Of a stretch of 52,039 nt of DNA, positions 45,566-52,039 are shown one piece after another. How positions within the stretch are numbered: the stretch's first letter is position 1; the number at the start of each line of letters is the position of its first letter. Source of the stretch: Oscillospiraceae bacterium (GTDB taxonomy: Bacteria; Bacillota; Clostridia; Oscillospirales; CAG-272); contig SVTN01000001.1 of the NCBI GenBank assembly GCA_015063765.1, positions 1 through 52,039 on the forward strand. The letters are read 5' to 3'. The notes below the pieces were generated by a model. That model was not told the origin of the DNA and did no database searches. It saw only the letters and a list, made by a program, of their open reading frames with translations. The position numbers and the translations under genes were made by a program.

Positions 45566-46127
45566 GCTTGTGCTCCCCTCTTTCCGTGTGCTGTCCGAGC
45601 AGCTTAGCAAGTGCTTCGCGCACAACGCTTTTTAAAAGGAGGAAGAGTAAGACCCCCTCGGCAGTACCCACGATCAGGTAATTGAGCGTGCGCCACAAGA
45701 GAAGCACGGGGTAGCTGACACCGTAGAAGGCGGCAAGTCCTGCCGTTTTCACGCCGACCGAGCCGATCAGATGCGCAATCAAGACGCTTAAGGTCAGACG
45801 CAGGGGAAGCGGAAATTTTTTCGTGAGCTGTGCGACAAGCCCCGAAAGAAGTCCGATGATAGCGGCACCCACCGTGATGATGGGGTTGATGGCGTAGCCG
45901 ACCAAAATACAGCCGAGAAGGTCTGCAACGACAGCGACCGCCGCGCCCGCCAGAGGGCCGAGCGTGATGCCTGCAAACAGGATCGGCAGGTTTTCAAAGC
46001 TGATACGGATCATTTCGCCCGCATTGAAGGCGAGAAACTTTCCAAAGACGATGGAAAGCGCAATGAAAAGACTCATGAGAAGCAAGATCCGTAAATGTAT
46101 TCTTGCTTTGCTTTGTTTTTGTACCAT
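45555..46127 (-). CDS. folT: folate-family ECF transporter S component
   Basis: 190 aa, about 6 TM. Located directly downstream of a THF riboswitch and upstream of folC. GGAGG SD precedes ATG 46127. Confidence 0.8.
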   Translation of the reverse strand: MVQKQSKARIHLRILLLMSLFIALSIVFGKFLAFNAGEMIRISFENLPILFAGITLGPLAGAAVAVVADLLGCILVGYAINPIITVGAAIIGLLSGLVAQLTKKFPLPLRLTLSVLIAHLIGSVGVKTAGLAAFYGVSYPVLLLWRTLNYLIVGTAEGVLLFLLLKSVVREALAKLLGQHTERGEHKHDV

Positions 46128-46205
46128 AAAATAAAACCTCCTTGTATCAGAATGAGCAGGATAAGACGACCTGTGCCCGATACAAGAAGGGTTTCTTCTT
46201 CTATT

Positions 46206-46302
46206 GTGCAGCGGGATGCGACGGTGCCACCGCGGAAAAACCTTCGTTCCCTGGGCAACTCCCCGTCCCAAGGACACTTGACGCGGCAACGTCTACTCTG
46301 TT
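46206..46302 (-). promoter_or_regulatory. THF (tetrahydrofolate) riboswitch aptamer
   Basis: Minus strand ACAGAGUAGACGUUGCCGCGUCAAGUGUCCUUGGGACGGGGAGUUGCCCAGGGAACGAAGGUUUUUCCGCGGUGGCACCGUCGCAUCCCGCUGCAC. It aligns block-for-block with the Eubacterium siraeum THF aptamer as I recall it (AGAGUAGA, CGCGU.AAGUGU, GGGA, ACGAAG, GCGGUG, GCAUCCGCU). Confidence 0.85.
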
Positions 46303-46312
46303 CTGTGGGTAT

Positions 46313-46341
46313 AGCATAGCATATTTTCTCCCTTTTTTCAA
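46313..46341 (-). promoter_or_regulatory. promoter for the riboswitch-folT-folC transcript
   Basis: Minus strand TTGAAA - 17 nt - TATGCT with an upstream TGc. The predicted start lies just before the aptamer. Confidence 0.5.
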
Positions 46342-46417
46342 GTATTTTTCCAAAAAAACTTTACTTTTTCGGAGAAAAATGGTACAATAGAAAAGAGATG
46401 ATGAAAGGGGAAGAAAA

Positions 46418-47122
46418 ATGCGGCTCGACAAGCTATTTTCGGACGTGGGACTTCTGTCAAGACGTGACTGCGCCCGTGCCGTTTCACGCGGTGAGATCTT
46501 AGTGAACGGCGTGCCTGCTATGCGTGCGGATATGAAGGTCGACGAAAAACAGGCAGAGATCCTCTACCGCGGCGAGCGTGTTCTTTTCTCCAAATTCGTC
46601 TATGTTATGATGAACAAGCCCGAGGGGTACATCAGTGCAACGACCGACGGAAAAGCCCCCGTTGTCACCGAGCTTCTCCCCGAAGACCTGCAGAGAAGAG
46701 GTCTTTTTCCCGCAGGGCGGCTTGACAAGGACACGACGGGCTTTATGCTTCTCACAGACGACGGGCAAACGGCGCACAGACTTCTTTCGCCGCGCCATCA
46801 CGTAGAGAAGATCTACGCCTTTTCCTTGGACACGCCGTTGCCTATGGGTGCGGAGGAGCGGTTTTTGGACGGCGTTCTGCTGGGCGACGAGCTTTGCAAG
46901 CCTGCCGCATTGACGCTTGATGGCACACGCCGGACGGGAAAGATCGTCTTGACCGAGGGAAAATATCATCAGATCAAGCGCATGATGCAACGGGAGGGAA
47001 GCACCGTGCTTTCCTTAAAGCGCATCTCCTTTGGCGGTATTCCGCTGGATGAGAGTCTGGCTCCCGGCGCTTGGCGGTATCTCACCGAAGAGGAAGCGGA
47101 AAAGCTGCTTTCGCAAAAATAA
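46418..47122 (+). CDS. pseudouridine synthase, RsuA/RluB family (S4 domain + catalytic domain)
   Basis: MRLDKLFSDVGLLSRRDCARAV (S4 domain) and GRLDKDTTGFMLLTDDG (catalytic Asp motif). Confidence 0.9.
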   Translation: MRLDKLFSDVGLLSRRDCARAVSRGEILVNGVPAMRADMKVDEKQAEILYRGERVLFSKFVYVMMNKPEGYISATTDGKAPVVTELLPEDLQRRGLFPAGRLDKDTTGFMLLTDDGQTAHRLLSPRHHVEKIYAFSLDTPLPMGAEERFLDGVLLGDELCKPAALTLDGTRRTGKIVLTEGKYHQIKRMMQREGSTVLSLKRISFGGIPLDESLAPGAWRYLTEEEAEKLLSQK

Positions 47123-47161
47123 AGTAAATACCCTACAGAAGGAATAATAAAGGATAGAACT

Positions 47162-49330
47162 ATGAATATTATTGCTAAGCTTGCAGAAGAACTGAAATTT
47201 TCGGAGGAGCATGTCACCCGCGCGGTGGAGATGTTAGACGAGGGAAATACCGTTCCCTTTATCGCCCGTTACCGTAAAGAGGTTACGGGAAGCATGGACG
47301 ACGATACCCTCCGCACGCTCGAGGACCGCTTGCGCTATCTGCGCAATCTGGACGAGCGCCGTGCCGAGATCATTTCGTCGATCGAGGGACAGGAGAAGAT
47401 GACGCCCGAGCTGCTTGCCGCCATCGAAAAGGCGGAAACGCAGGTAGCACTTGAGGACCTGTATCTCCCTTACCGCCCGAAGAGAAAGACGCGTGCGTCG
47501 GTCGCACGCGAGAGAGGCCTTGAGCCGCTCGCCGAGATCGTCACGAGCGAGCCCGAGAAGCTGGAAGAATCGCTTGAAGCACTTGCCGAGGCGTACGTCA
47601 ACGAAGAAAACGGTCTTCCCGACGTGACGGCGGTGCTTGCAGGTGTATCGGACATCATTGCCGAGGACATCTCGACGACTGCCGAATACCGTCAGATGCT
47701 CCGCACCTACCTTTCGGGGGACGGCACCATCAAGGCGGCGGCGGCAAAGGAGGAGGACTCCGTTTACGCCGATTATTACGAGTACAGCGAGCCCATCACC
47801 AAGATGCGCCCCCACCGTATTCTCGCCCTCAACCGCGGTGAGAAGGAGGGCTTCTTGAAGGTGGATCTTGCGGCGGACGAAACGGTTGCCGTCGGCAAGC
47901 TTTGCACCTCTGTCACCAAGAACCCCGCGTCGCCCGTTACCCCCTTCATTCATGCGGCGGCGGCTGACAGCTATTCCCGCTTGATCTTCCCCTCCTTGGA
48001 GCGCGAGATCCGTTCCGAGCTTTTTGATGCGGCGGCAGAGGGTGCTCTCAAGGTGTTTGGCGAAAACCTTAAGAATTTGCTTCTGATCGCGCCCGTCAAG
48101 GGCAAGACGGTGCTTGGCTTTGACCCCGGATACGCGCACGGCTGTAAGCTTGCCGTGGTGGATAAGACGGGTAAGTATCTCACCTCCACCGTTATTTATC
48201 CCACCAAGCCGCGTGAGGATATCGCGCGCGCAAGCAAGACCCTTCTTGACCTCATTCGTAAATACAAGGTTGACATTATCGCGATCGGAAACGGCACGGC
48301 ATCCCGAGAGAGCGAGAAATTCGTTGCCGATCTCATTCGCGAAAACAGCCTTCCCGTTGCCTACACCATCGTATCCGAGTCGGGTGCCTCGGTCTATTCG
48401 GCAACCAAGCTTGCCCAAGAGGAATTTCCCGATCTTGACGTCAACGAGAGAAGTGCCGTTTCCATCGCACGCCGTTTGCAGGACCCCCTTGCCGAGCTTG
48501 TCAAGGTCGATCCTATGGCGATCGGCGTCGGTCAGTATCAGCACGATATGAACCCGAAGCGCCTTGCTGAGACCCTCGGCGGCGTGGTGGAGGATTGCGT
48601 AAACTCGGTCGGCGTTGACCTCAACACCGCCTCCGCATCCCTTCTTTCTTACGTTTCGGGCATCAACAAGACCATCGCAAAGAATATCGTAGCATACCGT
48701 GAGGAGAACGGCGAGTTTAAGTCGCGTGCAAAGCTTCTCAAGGTGCCCAAGCTGGGTGCAAAGGCATACGAGCAGTGCGCGGGCTTTTTGCGCGTTGTGG
48801 GCGGTGAGGAGATCCTTGACAATACGGGCGTGCATCCCGAGTCCTACAGCGTTGCCAAGGCACTTCTTGCCCGCTTTGGCTACACCGAGGAGGACGTGCG
48901 CGGCGAGGGCATGAAGCTGCTTCGCTTCAAAGCAGAGCAGGCGGGCGTTTCCCGTCTTGCTGAGGAGCTTGGCTGCGGCGAGCCTACTTTGCTTGATATC
49001 ATCGGTGAGCTCGAGAAGCCCGGACGCGATATCCGCGACGATGCTCCCGCTCCCGTGCTTCGCACCGATGTGCTCGAGATGAAGGACCTTGTGCCCGATA
49101 TGGTGCTGAGGGGCACCGTTCGCAACGTGGTGGACTTCGGCTGCTTCGTGGATATCGGTGTGCATGAGGACGGTCTTCTGCATGTGTCCGAGATGTCCGA
49201 CCGCCGCTTTGTCAAGCACCCGCGTGAGCTGTTCTCGGTGGGCGACGTCATTGAGGTCAAGATCAAGGCGGTAGACATGCAGAGAAAGCGCATTTCTCTT
49301 ACGAGAAAAGGACTTTCCGAAGCAAAATAA
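47162..49330 (+). CDS. tex: Tex-like transcription accessory protein (YqgF/HhH/S1 domains)
   Basis: 722 aa. TVPFIARYRKE N-terminus and a C-terminal S1 domain (GTVRNVVDFGCFVDIG...GDVIEVKI). Confidence 0.9.
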   Translation: MNIIAKLAEELKFSEEHVTRAVEMLDEGNTVPFIARYRKEVTGSMDDDTLRTLEDRLRYLRNLDERRAEIISSIEGQEKMTPELLAAIEKAETQVALEDLYLPYRPKRKTRASVARERGLEPLAEIVTSEPEKLEESLEALAEAYVNEENGLPDVTAVLAGVSDIIAEDISTTAEYRQMLRTYLSGDGTIKAAAAKEEDSVYADYYEYSEPITKMRPHRILALNRGEKEGFLKVDLAADETVAVGKLCTSVTKNPASPVTPFIHAAAADSYSRLIFPSLEREIRSELFDAAAEGALKVFGENLKNLLLIAPVKGKTVLGFDPGYAHGCKLAVVDKTGKYLTSTVIYPTKPREDIARASKTLLDLIRKYKVDIIAIGNGTASRESEKFVADLIRENSLPVAYTIVSESGASVYSATKLAQEEFPDLDVNERSAVSIARRLQDPLAELVKVDPMAIGVGQYQHDMNPKRLAETLGGVVEDCVNSVGVDLNTASASLLSYVSGINKTIAKNIVAYREENGEFKSRAKLLKVPKLGAKAYEQCAGFLRVVGGEEILDNTGVHPESYSVAKALLARFGYTEEDVRGEGMKLLRFKAEQAGVSRLAEELGCGEPTLLDIIGELEKPGRDIRDDAPAPVLRTDVLEMKDLVPDMVLRGTVRNVVDFGCFVDIGVHEDGLLHVSEMSDRRFVKHPRELFSVGDVIEVKIKAVDMQRKRISLTRKGLSEAK

Positions 49331-49537
49331 TACGAAGGTGATTTGCTAAAATTCTAATTTATTAGAGTTTTAATCTGTCCACCTTCACCGCGAATTCACA
49401 ATAAAAAACGAATTTTGTGCATGTTTACTAAATGCGGATATGAAATTTTGGGGAAAAAACCACTTTTCATTTTGCGCTTTGTTTGGTATAATATATAAGG
49501 TAAAAAAATAGTCCTCGGACAAAAAAAGGAGTACACA

Positions 49538-50671
49538 ATGGCAGGTCTTTCTTTAAAGCACATTTACAAGAAGTATCCCGGCGGCGTTACCGCTGTATCC
49601 GACTTCAACCTTGAGATCAAGGATAAGGAATTTTTGATCTTCGTCGGCCCTTCGGGATGCGGTAAGTCCACCACCCTTCGTATGATTGCAGGTCTTGAGG
49701 AGATCACCGAGGGTGAGCTCTTCATTGGCGATACGCTCGTCAACGACGTAGCACCTAAGGACCGCGATATCGCGATGGTGTTCCAGAACTACGCTCTTTA
49801 TCCTCACATGACCGTGTTTGAGAACATGGCATTCGGTCTTAAGCTCCGCAAGGTCTCCAAGGAGGAGATCAAGCGCCGCGTTGAGGAGGCTGCAAAGATC
49901 CTCGACATCAACCACCTTCTCGACCGTAAGCCGAAGGCTCTTTCGGGTGGTCAGAAGCAGCGTGTTGCGCTTGGCCGTGCAATCGTCCGTTCTCCTAAGG
50001 TCTTCCTTCTCGACGAGCCTCTTTCCAACCTTGACGCTAAGCTCCGTGCTTCGATGAGAACCGAGCTTACCAAGCTTCACAAGAGAGTCGGTACCACCTT
50101 TATCTACGTTACGCATGACCAGACTGAGGCAATGACGATGGCAACCCGTATCGTCGTTATGAAGGACGGTCTGATCCAGCAGGTAGATACCCCTCAGAAC
50201 CTTTACGATTTCCCCTGCAATCTTTTCGTTGCAGGCTTTATCGGAAGCCCTCAGATGAACTTCATCACCTCGAAGCTCGTAAAGAAGGGCGAGGATCTTT
50301 ACCTCGAGTTCGGTGCTACCTCCGTAAAGCTTCCTGCAGAGAAGGCTTCCAACCCCGCACTTCTTGAGTATATCGATCAGGAAGTTGTTATGGGTATCCG
50401 TCCCGAGCACATCCACGATGACCCCATGCACGTTGCTAACATGCCTGACAGCCTGATGGATGCAGACGTTGAAGTGACCGAGCTTATGGGTGCAGAGATC
50501 TATCTCTACCTCGGCTTTGAGGGTCAGGAGGATGCTACCAACGGCAAGACCATCATTGCCCGCGTTTCCTCTCGCTCGCAGTCCCGCGCAGGCGACAAGA
50601 TCAAGGTTGCCATCGACGCTGAGAGAATCCACATCTTTGATAAGGATACCGAGCGCTGCATCGTTCACTAA
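49538..50671 (+). CDS. sugar ABC transporter ATP-binding protein (MsmK/MalK/UgpC type)
   Basis: [32 protein letters not shown] and a C-terminal TOBE-like domain. Stand-alone, with its own promoter (TGgTATAAT) and terminator. Confidence 0.9.
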   Translation: MAGLSLKHIYKKYPGGVTAVSDFNLEIKDKEFLIFVGPSGCGKSTTLRMIAGLEEITEGELFIGDTLVNDVAPKDRDIAMVFQNYALYPHMTVFENMAFGLKLRKVSKEEIKRRVEEAAKILDINHLLDRKPKALSGGQKQRVALGRAIVRSPKVFLLDEPLSNLDAKLRASMRTELTKLHKRVGTTFIYVTHDQTEAMTMATRIVVMKDGLIQQVDTPQNLYDFPCNLFVAGFIGSPQMNFITSKLVKKGEDLYLEFGATSVKLPAEKASNPALLEYIDQEVVMGIRPEHIHDDPMHVANMPDSLMDADVEVTELMGAEIYLYLGFEGQEDATNGKTIIARVSSRSQSRAGDKIKVAIDAERIHIFDKDTERCIVH

Positions 50672-50681
50672 TTCTAATTTA

Positions 50682-50712
50682 GGGCTTTCGCAAAAGCGCG
50701 AAAGCCCTTTTT
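50682..50712 (+). terminator. rho-independent terminator
   Basis: GGGCTTTCGC-loop-GCGAAAGCCC followed by TTTTT. Confidence 0.85.
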
Positions 50713-50739
50713 AAAACTTAGCCCAAGGGGGAGTCGTCT

Positions 50740-51462
50740 GTGCCGAAATATCGAATTGCAGAGCTGTTGATTGAGATTAAGGCGCGCTATGAGCTCACGC
50801 CAAACGCTTGCCGCGACTATCTCGTCGAAACCGACGAAGCACCCGATTTCAGCGTTTGTGCCGATGAAGAGGAGATTGCCGAAATTCACGCAAGCACCGA
50901 GAACTGTTCTTTGGGATATGCTGAATTTCACGCCATCTTCCGTCACGTCGTGGACGGGGCGGCAGAGCGCGGCGTGACCCTTTTCCATGCCGCGGTGGTA
51001 GAGGTGGACGGCTGTGCTTATGCCTTTTCCGCACCGAGCGGTACGGGCAAGAGTACCCACATTCGTTTGTGGAGAAAGTGCTTCGGCAAGCGCGTGGATA
51101 TCATCAACGGCGACAAGCCCTTCGTGCGCTTGAAGGATGACGTCTTGACGGTTTACGGCAGTCCCTTCTGCGGCAAAGAGGGCTGGCAGAGAAATGCAAG
51201 TGCTCCCTTAAAGGGGGTTTGCTTCCTGTCCCGTGCGGAAGAAAACAGCATTACCCGTATTACCGACGAAAAAGAAGCGATGATGCGTATTTTTACTCAG
51301 GTTTTGAAAACGCCCACCGAAAAGGGCATTGTTGAAACGCTCCGCTTCGCCGATGCGTTGATTAAAAATGTACCGATCTATGCGCTTGAATGCAACATTT
51401 CCCCCGAGGCGGCGGCGCTTTCCTTCCGTACTATGACAGGACTTGATCTATCCTTGAATTGA
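50740..51462 (+). CDS. HPr-kinase-like P-loop protein (HprK C-terminal-domain-related)
   Basis: LFHAAVVEVDGCAYAFSAPSGTGKSTH resembles the HprK-type G-x-S-G-x-GKS loop. GTG start with a GGGGGAG SD. Confidence 0.6.
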   Translation: MPKYRIAELLIEIKARYELTPNACRDYLVETDEAPDFSVCADEEEIAEIHASTENCSLGYAEFHAIFRHVVDGAAERGVTLFHAAVVEVDGCAYAFSAPSGTGKSTHIRLWRKCFGKRVDIINGDKPFVRLKDDVLTVYGSPFCGKEGWQRNASAPLKGVCFLSRAEENSITRITDEKEAMMRIFTQVLKTPTEKGIVETLRFADALIKNVPIYALECNISPEAAALSFRTMTGLDLSLN

Positions 51463-51477
51463 AAAGAATGAGGTAAC

Positions 51478-51744
51478 ATGATGAAATTAAAAAACGGTTA
51501 TATTCTTCGTGAAGTAGCGGGAAGCACTGTGGTTGTTCCGCTCGACCCGAACAGCACCTTTGGAAGCATGCTCCGCCTCAACGGTACGGGCAAATTTCTT
51601 TGGGAAAAGCTTGCCGCAGACGTGTCGCGCGACGCGCTTGTTGCCGCTTTGGTGGAGGAGTATGAGATCGACGCGCAAACGGCAGGTCGCGATACCGACG
51701 CCTTTTTGAATTCGCTTCGCGGCTACGGTGCATTGGAAGAATAA
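51478..51744 (+). CDS. PqqD family protein (RiPP recognition element-like chaperone)
   Basis: 88 aa. NGYILREVAGSTVVVPLD...MLRLNGTGKFLWEKL...LVAALVEEYEID...DTDAFLNSL is typical of PqqD. Confidence 0.75.
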   Translation: MMKLKNGYILREVAGSTVVVPLDPNSTFGSMLRLNGTGKFLWEKLAADVSRDALVAALVEEYEIDAQTAGRDTDAFLNSLRGYGALEE

Positions 51745-51758
51745 TATAAGCTAAAATA

Positions 51759-51806
51759 GAAGCGGTGCACGCGCCCTTTTGGGGAAACGCGTGCACCGCT
51801 TTTTTA
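51759..51806. terminator. terminator between convergent genes
   Basis: AGCGGTGCACGCG-loop-CGCGTGCACCGCT followed by TTTTTT. Confidence 0.8.
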
Positions 51807-51811
51807 TTGCT

Positions 51812-52009
51812 TTAGTTCAAGGGGAGATCGTGTGCCCAATTCAGATCCGGCATTGCAGGGTCGCTACCGTCATCGGGGGGAAGCAGAGCACCGTCGTTGC
51901 CGTTTCCTCCGACAAACGGAGGATCGTCGGTGTTATCGTCCGGCGCACATGCTACGAGCAGAGAGAGCATCAAAAGCAGTGCGAGGACAAGGACGAGCAA
52001 TTTTTTCAT
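51812..52009 (-). CDS. small acidic Pro/Asp-rich lipoprotein
   Basis: MKKLLVLVLALLLMLSLLVAC signal peptide with lipobox, then a low-complexity D/P/G-rich tail. Confidence 0.6.
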   Translation of the reverse strand: MKKLLVLVLALLLMLSLLVACAPDDNTDDPPFVGGNGNDGALLPPDDGSDPAMPDLNWAHDLPLN

Positions 52010-52039
52010 AAGCACCTCGTAAATAATGCTCGTCCTTGT

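Noticed and set aside
50740-52039. Calling the HprK-like/PqqD pair a lasso-peptide or other RiPP biosynthetic cluster.
   Set aside because: No precursor ORF, cyclase, protease, radical SAM enzyme or transporter is visible. Terminators isolate the pair, and the window ends soon after, so it is only flagged as an orphan pair.

Overview
About 52 kb of a GC-rich (by eye), Clostridia-like anaerobe chromosome. Supporting traits: PFOR/nifJ, formate-THF ligase, an ECF FolT behind a THF riboswitch, and near-consensus sigma-A promoters (TTGACA-17-TATAAT). Most of the window is housekeeping or carbohydrate metabolism. From the left: an aromatic amino-acid operon (aminotransferase-pheA-aroB, with aroB cut by the window edge) divergent from a TetR gene, a tiny Cys-rich membrane peptide, an NSS transporter, an ABC exporter, fhs, a cytoplasmic beta-helix protein, Crp/Fnr plus a NitT/TauT-type ABC importer, and a FliB-like protein. 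A sugar island spans 16.0-27.5 kb: a five-gene operon (two xylose-isomerase-like TIM proteins, Gfo/Idh/MocA, a GH20-like protein, an FAD oxidoreductase), divergent AraC, GH2, a CE4-like protein, and convergent araB. An AT-rich islet at 27.6-30.3 kb holds an XRE regulator and a divergent 487-aa coiled-coil membrane protein. It is followed by about 0.87 kb of non-coding DNA full of repeats that mimic the 3' end of the adjacent tRNA-Thr(GGU). Further right are a WecA/MraY-like GT4, trpS, nifJ, and a 2543-aa secreted protein (five LamG-like modules plus a C-terminal esterase). Then come folT-folC under a THF riboswitch, a pseudouridine synthase, tex, and an MsmK-like ATPase. The window ends with an HprK-like P-loop protein plus PqqD/RRE pair that has no visible RiPP partners, and a small lipoprotein. 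No CRISPR array, rRNA, integrase, transposase or reverse transcriptase was seen. I rank the tRNA-linked repeat/palindrome region highest for follow-up, then the XRE/membrane-protein islet, the oxidative-glycoside-like operon and the orphan HprK-like/PqqD pair. The many long opposite-strand ORFs in the track are codon-aligned antisense shadows. Coordinates of promoters, hairpins and repeats were hand-derived and may be off by 1-2 nt.
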